A stretch of DNA of 58,233 nt. It comes from a virus. Its lineage: Duplodnaviria > Caudoviricetes. Of this stretch, positions 36,001-44,419 are shown in pieces (the first letter of the stretch is position 1; each line of letters begins with the position of its first letter). The DNA is taken from IMG/VR virus record IMGVR_UViG_3300024518_003391, positions 1-58,233 of that record. One strand, 5' to 3'. Below the pieces are notes generated by a model. The model worked only from the letters and a program-made list of their open reading frames with translations, did not search any database and was not told where the DNA came from. The translations under genes and the position numbers were made by a program.

Positions 36001-36594
36001 CACGCCTGTCGTCCCGTGGTCCGCAACAGTGTCGATCGTCGCAGTGGCGCCGCTTGTCGTCCCCGTGAGAGTTGCGCCCGCCGTGAAAGGCGCCGTTTCC
36101 GCGTCGTAGCCCAGGAAGAACGCGACATCAGTCCACCCGGTCGTTACGATTGCGTTGTTGATGTTAATTCGGAAGCTTGCCTGGGCGGCGTCGTCAACTA
36201 GGCTGAACTCGCCCACACCGCCGCCGATGACATGGGACGATACGCCGGCGTTCACATTGTCGGATGTCAGGTTGATAGTGTGGCTGCCGTCACCCGCATT
36301 GAACGACGCGTTAATCTGGTCCCAATGAATCGTGAACGTCGAGTCCTGATAGATGACATTGAACGCCTGATGTATCACATTGTTGACAATGCCCAGCTCG
36401 GTCGTGTTGCCGAGCTCCAGACTGATTGTCGTGTGCGTTGCGCCCAGGCTGAGATCTTCCTTGACCTCGAAATTCATCTCGCCCTCGGTCTGGCGCATCA
36501 GACTCCCTACGATAGTCTGTAGGGCGGCGGCTGTAACATAATCCGCAAAATCCGTAAGCGCGACCGCATCATTTTCGATGTCTGTAAACGCCAT
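33070..36594 (-). CDS. Large tailspike/fibre receptor-binding protein
   Basis: 1174 aa; HGAVGDGSTDD and YPHWWG beta-helix entry motifs, NHELRDGD..LPGGI..LYYAI module. Confidence 0.8.
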   Translation of the reverse strand: MAFTDIENDAVALTDFADYVTAAALQTIVGSLMRQTEGEMNFEVKEDLSLGATHTTISLELGNTTELGIVNNVIHQAFNVIYQDSTFTIHWDQINASFNAGDGSHTINLTSDNVNAGVSSHVIGGGVGEFSLVDDAAQASFRININNAIVTTGWTDVAFFLGYDAETAPFTAGATLTGTTSGATATIDTVADHGTTGVLQLSNISGTFQDNEAITDDNGTPGAAVVDGTLQESTTNWNEVDPTHSQHGAVGDGSTDDKDALVSADTAAGASGVMRAKSGKTFRSATGLTGAALWRFDHGGKLSVDSGQTVTIDQILANPTSEVFTGDGDVEFTVQPITIYPHWWGFSTSASAAVNNAAFAKAVSVMQVGDKLGIAPGVGYTISHLVFNPPDGCTLDAPGAHFNIVEPGAANVALNIGSDASTTADSPVITDRYEIIIGSLSVVDSGGDFVADWTEDNIGIRVVDSQRFRMKIGRVRGFQKGLQLRAIDNSVNVGYIEMMRCKHNEVHTHAINGLDAGDTGSINDIVFNGGDWSVGVWPLGVTTHATVQGHVWDNWASRVDVTVDAVDTTNNILTFTSAANHELRDGDPIGAFASTGALPGGIAGSTLYYAIRIDSTRLLLATTRALALAGTALNITSTGSGTITATPGSGAVIADSGPTGCVMRDGTHHSGLGAPTEIASGVVSAVVNNLNGTWTITAPWSPDGSELGHMLRMTSVSTDASATQLKFRRSGLGRITAASGSDITVKNWIGPSPTTNETFTLKNGAVFGFFNATGMKIHPMRFENTCGPIAIGEQATQRVELIHRYQMSPTDICNLGVGTRIVAQGNEYHDTFNQPMVLASHDDTSNATVLKVIDDSDAINWSLFEEGDVVSLGGFTYAAGTVAAADASLIVRDTETDINAANASLKLGVTLAGTLGDHWEVGGNSTDDLRIFYNGDLRTHWTRVNPSMNIRELNESSGPGPRFRMLRESTSPAADDELGRIEWQGRNDNAPQDTVVYAAIGTEIVSAANGVETGRWRVDTRGAADSDAEQRMYVDHDGGVVVGTPAGTSQGAGTLNAEAVHGDILVGGHQNANETVSGDGAITAGSKTVWINKATPAVMTLVDPTATTHDDYVLTFISRTAAAHTLDNSAGSGFNNGGTGTDFATFGGAVGDGITLRAFGGIWYVEASTNVTLS

Positions 36595-36606
36595 TGTATC
36601 GCCTTT

Positions 36607-37929
36607 TTAATCTCTCCAGGGCCATTTGAATCGCACACTCAAGTTCAGTCTGCCGGTGAACAGGATATGGTTTCCGACCTGTGCTGCGGCCGTCGGCAGT
36701 TCGTCTGATGTAACCGTCGTATTGTCAATCGTCAACGCTGAATCCCACAACTGCGCACCCGTCCCGTCGGCATTTGATGACGCCAACTTCTCAATCTCGT
36801 ACAGGGTTCGGCCGATTGCGGCGCGGCTCAGTGTCGGGTCGGTGTTTGCCCTGTCCGCATCGTCGTAGACGTCAACACGCACCGTCGCCGTGCGTTCAGC
36901 CATCTGCATCTTGACGCCTTCGCGAAAAGCACTGTCATACACAATGTTGACCAGGGGCATGTTGGCTGTCGCCAGAAACGAGGAGAGCAGCGCCCCCGCA
37001 ACCGTATAGGCGACTTCGGAAAGCGGCCCATCGTCAAGCATCGCCTGCTCAATGACCGCCCGCATACTCAATTCCAGAACCTGTCCAGGCGAGCTTGCCC
37101 CAACCGTCGCGGCGGCCAAGAGAGTCGGTCCCGCCAGAAACGGGCTGTTGTGGTACTCGACGCCGGGCTCGTTGAGCGGATAATAGGGGAAGCGATACGG
37201 ATCGCTTCTGACTTCGTTGGCGCTCACATCCTCCGCGCCAATCTGGTACGTCGTCGCAACGTTCTTTTGCCAAGCGGCGTCTTGGTAGTGGGTGACGACA
37301 ATCAAGGACGTGTTCTGCTTTGTGCCGTTCTTGTAGAAGTTCCAACCGACCGCCGGGCTTACCGCCGCGTCCCAGGCGAAACGGGCAATACCGCCGTTCA
37401 GCGTGCGTGTGATACCGGTTGGCAGGCTCAGGGTTGTCGGCGTCGCGACGAATCCGCCGGTTCTCGCCTCATATTCGTACCAGACGCGGATGATGAACAC
37501 ATGTGTAGCATACGGCGTCGCCCAATCTCCTTCGCCGGCGAAACGCCGCACGGCGATAACTTCGGAGCGCACCACATCGGCAACTGAACTTCGCATATCT
37601 CCGATTGCGCGATAAACGTCGTCAATAGCTTTGCCGACCCGCAACGTGATAACGTCTCCGGACTTCGGATCTTTCAGAAACGCCCAGGCTTCAACCGGAA
37701 CCATCCCCAACGCCATACCGGCGCGGGGCGCGTCCACAAACCCGCTCTGGCTGGTGGATTCGGCCCCGTACTGCACTTTGACCTGTGGGAAGCCGACATC
37801 GGACGTCGGACGCGGTGCGATGTTGTCGTCGCGAGTCTCGACGTTGTAGGTGGCATTGTAGCCCGCTGCGACCGTCATCCCTTGCAAGTTGGTAACGATG
37901 GCATTGTAGATGTCGGATGCTTTAGCCAT
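36607..37929 (-). CDS. Tail terminator/completion protein with extra FN3-like and second gpU-like domains
   Basis: IYNAIVTNLQGMTVAAGY N-terminus; WDAAV..GWNFYKNG..YQD..YQIGAED FN3-like segment. Confidence 0.6.
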   Translation of the reverse strand: MAKASDIYNAIVTNLQGMTVAAGYNATYNVETRDDNIAPRPTSDVGFPQVKVQYGAESTSQSGFVDAPRAGMALGMVPVEAWAFLKDPKSGDVITLRVGKAIDDVYRAIGDMRSSVADVVRSEVIAVRRFAGEGDWATPYATHVFIIRVWYEYEARTGGFVATPTTLSLPTGITRTLNGGIARFAWDAAVSPAVGWNFYKNGTKQNTSLIVVTHYQDAAWQKNVATTYQIGAEDVSANEVRSDPYRFPYYPLNEPGVEYHNSPFLAGPTLLAAATVGASSPGQVLELSMRAVIEQAMLDDGPLSEVAYTVAGALLSSFLATANMPLVNIVYDSAFREGVKMQMAERTATVRVDVYDDADRANTDPTLSRAAIGRTLYEIEKLASSNADGTGAQLWDSALTIDNTTVTSDELPTAAAQVGNHILFTGRLNLSVRFKWPWRD

Positions 37930-38377
37930 TATGTTCCTGGGAATCCAGCCGTTCGCGAAGCTCTCGCACTTTCAAGCCTATCCGCGAGATCGCTTCAGTC
38001 TGCTGCTCAAACATGACTTTAACGGTGTCGCTTGTAGCTGATAGATACTGCTCCATTTCCGAAAATAGCGGGGCGGTTAGGATGTGCGCAACCTCGTGGT
38101 AGATGCCCTGCTCAACCTGTTCCCAATTACCATTGTTAATGAGCGCCGGGACAGACTGAAACATCGTAATCTCGGCGATTAGATATTCAGGAGAGATTTT
38201 AATCCGGGCGAATTGCGGCATAGCTTTGTCAAATTCGCCTTCCGGGTCTTGAACAGATTTCTCCACGGACACGCGGTACACCATCGCCGCGTACCCCATA
38301 TCCTCACAGGCTTCATTGATAAGCTGATAGAGCCGTGCTTCATCGGCGGTGGTTACGGACTCCCATCTGTCTATCAT
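37922..38377 (-). CDS. Putative zinc metallopeptidase-like protein
   Basis: YHEVAH HExxH plus downstream EQ..E. Confidence 0.6.
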   Translation of the reverse strand: MIDRWESVTTADEARLYQLINEACEDMGYAAMVYRVSVEKSVQDPEGEFDKAMPQFARIKISPEYLIAEITMFQSVPALINNGNWEQVEQGIYHEVAHILTAPLFSEMEQYLSATSDTVKVMFEQQTEAISRIGLKVRELRERLDSQEHNG

Positions 38378-38419
38378 ATACTAAATCTCTGCAATGTCGA
38401 ATGCTTTAGCCGTGTTCTC

Positions 38420-39028
38420 TCACTGTTGACAGAGCGTCTTAATCAGTTCGGGATTATCACGAATTAGCATGCAGACCGCGAAATCGAGTCGCTCAACGTC
38501 GTCTTCCTGGATACGAGTGTGAGTAGCCCTAGCGATTGCGTGTATGGTTTCGTGCCAAAGAATAGACCACTGCCGAGTAGTGTCGCATTTGCCCTGCACT
38601 CTAATACGTCCCGGCGCCCATCTCACATCACCAGCGGCGGACTTATCATCCAGGCCATCCGACTGTAATTCAACGGGATAGCGGAAAGGCGGCGACTCTA
38701 TGAACTCGGGAACTGAAAAGCCGTCAGGCGTGCGCAGAGATGGATTAGCTTTAAGGGCGGCGGCGACCGCAAAGGATACAGCCGGCATACACTCCGCAGT
38801 AACCTGTACTCGTACCTCAACAGTATAGAGGTTCAGCGATTCCATAAAGACGTATAGCGCCTTATCGCATTGGGCCAGCCGCTCGCATATAGTTATCGTA
38901 CACTGTTCCCAGTTGCGCTTTGTCACGATCCCGTCATCGCGCAGGGCATCACTATCCTCGATAATTCGGCATGTCAACCCGCCTATCTTCACTGAATCAA
39001 CCATCTGGTAGAACCCGCCTCGACTCAT
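38420..39028 (-). CDS. Tandem-domain ImmA/IrrE-like metallopeptidase
   Basis: Second domain WHETIHAI..EDDVE..LIRDNP; first domain degenerate (FMESLN..LKANP). Confidence 0.65.
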   Translation of the reverse strand: MSRGGFYQMVDSVKIGGLTCRIIEDSDALRDDGIVTKRNWEQCTITICERLAQCDKALYVFMESLNLYTVEVRVQVTAECMPAVSFAVAAALKANPSLRTPDGFSVPEFIESPPFRYPVELQSDGLDDKSAAGDVRWAPGRIRVQGKCDTTRQWSILWHETIHAIARATHTRIQEDDVERLDFAVCMLIRDNPELIKTLCQQ

Positions 39029-39233
39029 CAGTCGGCGTAACTGCTTTTGGGTGTTGAGTGCCGTCGCAATCCGGGCATTTCTCCAATTCGTCGGGATACG
39101 CTTTGGGCTGACGCGCGGCCCTATCGGTCAGCGCTAATTCACCCATCCCTGAACACAGCCCGCAGATCCCGTGCTTCCGCTCATATATCGCCCAGAGTTC
39201 ACTCGTTCCTGCTATTTGATGACTACTTTCCAT
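38997..39233 (-). CDS. DnaJ-type zinc-finger small protein
   Basis: CGLCSGMG...CPDCDGT. Confidence 0.6.
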   Translation of the reverse strand: MESSHQIAGTSELWAIYERKHGICGLCSGMGELALTDRAARQPKAYPDELEKCPDCDGTQHPKAVTPTDESRRVLPDG

Positions 39234-39291
39234 GATAACCGCCCCCCTTCTCCATGCGCTGCACTATAATCAGAGCAACCAATGCAGAACC

Positions 39292-39570
39292 TCAAAAGCT
39301 CGACTCGTTCCGGACTATCCATCTATACCCTTCGGGTAGCCTATTCATAGACGGCAGATACCGCAACACCCCATCGGGACGCCGAGCAAGCCTGCCGTGT
39401 TGTGCGTCGTCCCCCGTGCTGCAGTTACTACAACAGTAGCCCGGCCCGTTATCCAACTTGTGGAATCCGGACCAACACAGCATATTGCTAACCCATCCGC
39501 CTACTGGGCGGGGCGGCGTCGCATATCCGTGTTCCGTTAGCGCTTCGTATCTCGTTACACGTCGGGGCAT
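39292..39570 (-). CDS. Hypothetical protein
   Basis: GGAG RBS; Cys-rich. Confidence 0.4.
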   Translation of the reverse strand: MPRRVTRYEALTEHGYATPPRPVGGWVSNMLCWSGFHKLDNGPGYCCSNCSTGDDAQHGRLARRPDGVLRYLPSMNRLPEGYRWIVRNESSF

Positions 39571-39622
39571 CGTTGCTCCAATGACTGTTCAATCTGCAAG
39601 ATGTGATCTGAACCGGCTTTAA

Positions 39623-40021
39623 TCAGCGTGCGCCCGCGTCAATAAGCGCGGTAGCCTTCTGAGTCATGCCCTCAAGGATGTCATCACCCCTATCCCTGAA
39701 CGACTGCGCGAATACGTCGCGTGTGCCGTCGCCACTGTGGAAACGGGCGTGTTCGGCCGGGAAGTGAATTACGGCCGTGCGTGATTGGAAGAAGGCGTTT
39801 CCCTGCCGTTCAATAGAGATAAAGGACGTATCCGCCAGCTGACCTGTGCGGCGGTGCAAATGCGCCGGATGGAAGCCGGGCGGGGCGTCGAGGTGTTGCG
39901 CCCGCATGACGCCCAGATGCTCCCGCGCCTCTGCTTCGACAATCATCTCAAGGGCGTCGCCGTCAAGCTGCTCAAGAAGCCCCTGTAGGTTGTGCGTGAT
40001 GTCCACTTCAAAAGCAATCAT
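39623..40021 (-). CDS. HK97 gp10-like head-tail joining protein
   Basis: RRTGQL..S, HARFH..GTR motif; synteny. Confidence 0.7.
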   Translation of the reverse strand: MIAFEVDITHNLQGLLEQLDGDALEMIVEAEAREHLGVMRAQHLDAPPGFHPAHLHRRTGQLADTSFISIERQGNAFFQSRTAVIHFPAEHARFHSGDGTRDVFAQSFRDRGDDILEGMTQKATALIDAGAR

Positions 40022-40338
40022 ACAACCCTCTGCGTCTCTGTTAGTACGAACTCCTGAACGTCGCCCTGCTCAAATATGCGAGTGACGTACAGCTCGGCGG
40101 GCGTCTTGCCCGTGCGCGTCACTTCGTCGCCGAGCTGCACGCCCGACAGCGGTACTCGGACGAAGCCACGATAGGTCTCCTGCGCTCCGATGAATACGCC
40201 GTTGATAAACGCCGGTTTCGTATCGTCCTGGATTGCCATTCGCACATTGGACAAGACGACCGTCTTAGCCGCCAATCGTTCGTTATTCCTGTTGATTGTC
40301 ACGGGTTCAAGATCTGCGTCGTCGATCGGAACGCTCAT
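40018..40338 (-). CDS. Head closure (stopper) protein
   Basis: 106 aa, beta-rich, VQLGDEV..LYVT; synteny. Confidence 0.6.
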   Translation of the reverse strand: MSVPIDDADLEPVTINRNNERLAAKTVVLSNVRMAIQDDTKPAFINGVFIGAQETYRGFVRVPLSGVQLGDEVTRTGKTPAELYVTRIFEQGDVQEFVLTETQRVV

Positions 40339-40922
40339 GAGCGATATAGCCGCGTCAGCCGCTGGTTGATGCGGTTGCCGCGCCTCCGGTAGTCCTTTAC
40401 TTTGCCCTCAGTGCCATACGTCCGCGTCGTATTGCCAATCCGCAAGGTTTTCACGGGCCTGCGTCCGTCGTCCGGTGTCAAGCTTAATAGATCAGCGGCC
40501 GCATGCCAGGCGTTGTACGCTGTGCCGTAGATGTAAAGGCTTTTGTTCGGCGGCGTGCTGAACGTGAATGTTCCGCTAATCCACTGCGTATCGTCGGGCG
40601 TGTGGAGCGCCCCGCCCTCGAACCGGTCATCCCTCAAGACGACATCATTTGACAGGAAGCGCACCGGCTTATACTGCGAAAAGTCCGGCGTCGTCACGTC
40701 AATAAGTTCCCTATCTCTGACAAGCAGCTCACCGAACCGGAAGGGGCGCGTATAGAAGCGCCGGTAGTCCGGATCAGTGTCAAGCAGCACCCACTCAAGG
40801 TCAAGGCGCCACTGATCCAATGAGTCCTCAACATCATTGTTCGTGAACGGTGTATCACTGCCCTTTTGGCCGAGTAGCCCCATTGTATAATCAATGATGT
40901 CGAGCATCTCTAAACGCGCCAT
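40335..40922 (-). CDS. Head-tail adaptor protein
   Basis: FTNNDVEDSL, AAADLL, LRIGNTT pattern; synteny. Confidence 0.65.
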   Translation of the reverse strand: MARLEMLDIIDYTMGLLGQKGSDTPFTNNDVEDSLDQWRLDLEWVLLDTDPDYRRFYTRPFRFGELLVRDRELIDVTTPDFSQYKPVRFLSNDVVLRDDRFEGGALHTPDDTQWISGTFTFSTPPNKSLYIYGTAYNAWHAAADLLSLTPDDGRRPVKTLRIGNTTRTYGTEGKVKDYRRRGNRINQRLTRLYRS

Positions 40923-40926
40923 TCTC

Positions 40927-43866
40927 TCACCTCAGTGCAATCTGCCCGACTTCCATGCGACCGGCTTCCCATGCGAAATAGGCGCTCATTTCTTGGGCCG
41001 TTCGGAAGCGATTCACCTGCGGCGTTTTGTCGCCCGTGTCATCCACAAGCGTCCGGACAGGCTGGCCGATCCCCAGATAAATCATGGCTTGCTGATAGAT
41101 CGGCCACATCTTATCGGTGTTCGGATGAGCGAAGTCGCTGAACTTGTCGTCCCAGATTGCGACAATCACTCCGGCATGTTTCCGTTGGACCGTCGCCGTT
41201 TGCGGCAAAGGCCCCGGCTTGTCACGCTGAATCCCCAAATCATCAATGTCCCATAGGATTCGATTCAGGTATTCACGCGCCAGAAAGGCATCGTATATCT
41301 TCCTGCCGGGGTTGAGTATCTTGTCCACCATCAGCAACTGCATGTTGCGGTCTCTGCATTTGGCGCGCCGATCGGCTTCGGTCAGATACCCGTAGTGCGC
41401 AATCTTAGCCGGCATGGTCGTTGACGGAAAGATATTATCGTTAAGGGTCTCCATGCAGTGCTCGTGAATGGCACCATAAAATTTATAGCCCCGCCTGTTT
41501 CTCCACATACGCACAGGCTCATCATGCGTATTCAGTGCATCGAGCATCAGGTGGTGTTGCTGGATTACGTAGCCATTGTAGGCCGGAGAGTCCAGGTATC
41601 GGCGTATCGATCCGGAGTCCGTAACTTGTTCGTCAGCGTCAAGCCAGAGAATCCAGTCCGCCTCATGTGCCACGTCAAGGATCTGATTGCGTATCCAGGC
41701 AAAGTCGCCGGGCGGAGGTATGCGGAATCCGAGATCAGGGAAGTCCTCCGGCAGCGGCGCAATCGGCGCAATCTCAATAACCTCCGCGCCGTAGAGTTTG
41801 GCGACCTCGCGGGTCGCATCGCGTGACCCGTTGTCGCCTATGATGATATTATCCACGACCTTGCGCACGGAAGATAGGCACCGGGGCAAATCTTCGGCGG
41901 AATTTCGCGTGTTGACCATCAGTTCGACTGACTGATAAGGGCGCGTCGTTAATGCTTTCTTGTGCAGGTCAATCGTCCCGGTAGGGCCATGGCCGTGCAT
42001 AATCAGCCAGTGCCCGAGCAGGTTGCCGCGCGGCGTGTGGTGCATCGGTATGAACCGGACTACCATATCCGACTTCTTCCCGAACACTTCATGCGCAGTG
42101 TTGTATTCCCAATGGACCTTGTGGTTGCGCACCTCCGGCAAGCCGTCGGCCAGAATCTCGATAAACGCGCCGCTCGGCACAGTCCAGATGATTCGGCCGT
42201 CGATTGCTAACAGGTTTTCCAGCGCTTCAATGACAGCGCCATAATCCCAGTTATGCTCTAAGAACTCTCCGCAGAATATGACATCATATGCCGGATCGTC
42301 GGCAGCATCTTCCATTGAGCCGTGTCGGATGAAGGTGTTCTTACAGCCGCGTCCCCGGACGAACCGTTCAGCGATTTCGCACAAATCGGATGAATAATCA
42401 ACCCCGATAACCTCCGCCGTAGGGAACCGTTCAGCCAGCATTGCCGTCATTGTGCCGTTCCCGCAAGCAAAATCAAGGATACGCTTCGGCGCAAGCCCGT
42501 CGAGCATCTCGATTACCGTCCGGAACCTTGCCGGCCTCTGAATCTCTTCGTGGGGGTTCATCGCGTGTGCGGCGTATTCGTCGGGCGATTCCGAAGCGGT
42601 CAGCCGCTCTATCTCGGCGGATGTTTCTGTGAGCAGCCCCAAGCCGGCGCGCTTGGCAAAGTCCTTGGCAGTCAGGAAGTCGTCGTGATGAATGAGGTTG
42701 CGGATAATCGCTTGGGGGCGTGCCATTGCGCGTTGTTCAAAGTATTCATCCCAGTGCGACTCCCATGCAACAGCTACAACTTCAGAGTGATACCGGCGCG
42801 TGTGCTCAATCCCGGCACGTTGTAGTTGGGTATAATCGATAGAGCGCCCGCCCGCAAGGAGGGCTAAAGTCTCGCCCATGAAAACGTCATGATACTCACC
42901 ACTGTAGGCGTCGCCTTCAATCTTGACCCCCGCCTCATCGTGCAACGTCTCAACCAAGCCGCCTTTAGCGGAGCATATCAGCGGCGTTCCCAACGCTTGC
43001 GCCTCGATCGCGGCGATGCAGCTTGTCTCGTCAAAGTCCGGAACGCCGGGGTAGACCATCAACGCCGATGTTGCGATTTCTCGATACAAATCTGCTTTGT
43101 TCAAGTTGCCGAGCCATTTCACGCCGTCCATCCCCGCCACGGCGCGATCCGCCCAATCACAGATTGCCTTTACGTTGGGGTTGGATTCATACATCGACTC
43201 GTATCGGCAGATGTGCAACTCTAGATCTGGACGGGCCGCCTTCATTTTAGGGAACATCTGAAGTAATGGTTTTAGGCCGCGTTCCGGGCGACTGACATAG
43301 ATTATCTTGTTGAAGTCATTCTCTAGGCCGGAGCATTTGCCATCTGAATCAGATCCCATGTCCACTTCTGACAGCGTGGCACGCGCCAATTTCGCATCAT
43401 AGCAGTTGCGAGTCACCCATCCCATTTGTGCGGCGTTGTCGGGTATTTGCGATTCGTACTGGCGGCGTTGCCACTCGCTGACATAGTACAGTTCGTCCGT
43501 CTGCCACAGGCAAGAATAGAAATCACTGGGGACGGAGAGAATGTCTTGATTCCAGACGGCTCTCAGTTTCGCACGGATGGGTTGCGTCATTACCTGGAAA
43601 TGTCGCAACGATACGAAGATGTCGTATTCGATTTGACCGGTCATGCTTGGCATATCGGCCAGATCGTACCACTGAACGCCCGCATACTCGCCGGCGTGTT
43701 CGGGGTCCGGGATGTCGGTGAAGATTGAAACGTCGTGATCGCGCGTCGCGAGTGCGTTGGCTAACATCACAAGCGCCGATTCGGAGCCGCCCAGGCTCGT
43801 TTCAAGCCGGATGCTCTTATCGGTAAACGGGACGGATTGACAGTAGAATGCGACGTTATATTTCAT
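40927..43866 (-). CDS. GT4-like glycosyltransferase + class I SAM methyltransferase + GT2-like glycosyltransferase fusion
   Basis: LGGSE, SRPERGL, ETSCIAAIEAQA (EX7E); ILDFACGNG, EFLEH; LPRCLSSV, DNGSRDAT, WLDADE, GAIHE, HYGY. Confidence 0.92.
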   Translation of the reverse strand: MKYNVAFYCQSVPFTDKSIRLETSLGGSESALVMLANALATRDHDVSIFTDIPDPEHAGEYAGVQWYDLADMPSMTGQIEYDIFVSLRHFQVMTQPIRAKLRAVWNQDILSVPSDFYSCLWQTDELYYVSEWQRRQYESQIPDNAAQMGWVTRNCYDAKLARATLSEVDMGSDSDGKCSGLENDFNKIIYVSRPERGLKPLLQMFPKMKAARPDLELHICRYESMYESNPNVKAICDWADRAVAGMDGVKWLGNLNKADLYREIATSALMVYPGVPDFDETSCIAAIEAQALGTPLICSAKGGLVETLHDEAGVKIEGDAYSGEYHDVFMGETLALLAGGRSIDYTQLQRAGIEHTRRYHSEVVAVAWESHWDEYFEQRAMARPQAIIRNLIHHDDFLTAKDFAKRAGLGLLTETSAEIERLTASESPDEYAAHAMNPHEEIQRPARFRTVIEMLDGLAPKRILDFACGNGTMTAMLAERFPTAEVIGVDYSSDLCEIAERFVRGRGCKNTFIRHGSMEDAADDPAYDVIFCGEFLEHNWDYGAVIEALENLLAIDGRIIWTVPSGAFIEILADGLPEVRNHKVHWEYNTAHEVFGKKSDMVVRFIPMHHTPRGNLLGHWLIMHGHGPTGTIDLHKKALTTRPYQSVELMVNTRNSAEDLPRCLSSVRKVVDNIIIGDNGSRDATREVAKLYGAEVIEIAPIAPLPEDFPDLGFRIPPPGDFAWIRNQILDVAHEADWILWLDADEQVTDSGSIRRYLDSPAYNGYVIQQHHLMLDALNTHDEPVRMWRNRRGYKFYGAIHEHCMETLNDNIFPSTTMPAKIAHYGYLTEADRRAKCRDRNMQLLMVDKILNPGRKIYDAFLAREYLNRILWDIDDLGIQRDKPGPLPQTATVQRKHAGVIVAIWDDKFSDFAHPNTDKMWPIYQQAMIYLGIGQPVRTLVDDTGDKTPQVNRFRTAQEMSAYFAWEAGRMEVGQIALR

Positions 43867-43874
43867 GCGGCCTC

Positions 43875-44210
43875 TTATTTTATACGAACCCAGACATTGA
43901 AGAAATGGCGCCCATCGCTGATGTGCATCAATTTGAGCGTCACCATATTATAGCGAACGCAAACGGGCGGTGTGTCTAGGCCGTCGTCATAGGCTCCGAA
44001 AGACGAATCGCCTATAGGCACAGGCACGTTACACATCCCGCCGCAATGACGTGCAACCTCAAGCCATGCGGCGGGACGGCCTCGCGCCCAATTTGCGTCA
44101 CCCACTTCGCCGCACTCGACTAGCTGTTCAATAAGTCGTATGCCGGGGAGTTGCGGTGCATAGTCGCCAGGCGCACCTTCGATCTCCTGGCTCATGCAGA
44201 ATTGCTTCAT
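43875..44210 (-). CDS. Hypothetical protein
   Basis: GAGGAG RBS, MKQFCMSQE. Confidence 0.5.
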   Translation of the reverse strand: MKQFCMSQEIEGAPGDYAPQLPGIRLIEQLVECGEVGDANWARGRPAAWLEVARHCGGMCNVPVPIGDSSFGAYDDGLDTPPVCVRYNMVTLKLMHISDGRHFFNVWVRIK

Positions 44211-44416
44211 GCGGCGCTCCTCGCTTGGCGCTTTCGTGCCGCCGGCTTCTTGGACACCGCGCACAACTCATCACGCTCATTGATGACAGTCTGCATATCT
44301 CGCTTGACCCTGTCCAGGAACTTCGGCGACAACGCTCGCGTAGATGGGAACCTGAGGAACTTTTGGAGTGCTTCCATATGTCGAAGATTCGGGCGGAGTC
44401 GCCCCCGCCCGCTCAC
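44207..44416 (-). CDS. Small basic hypothetical protein
   Basis: Coupled between the capsid gene and the downstream gene. Confidence 0.45.
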   Translation of the reverse strand: MSGRGRLRPNLRHMEALQKFLRFPSTRALSPKFLDRVKRDMQTVINERDELCAVSKKPAARKRQARSAA

Positions 44417-44419
44417 GTG

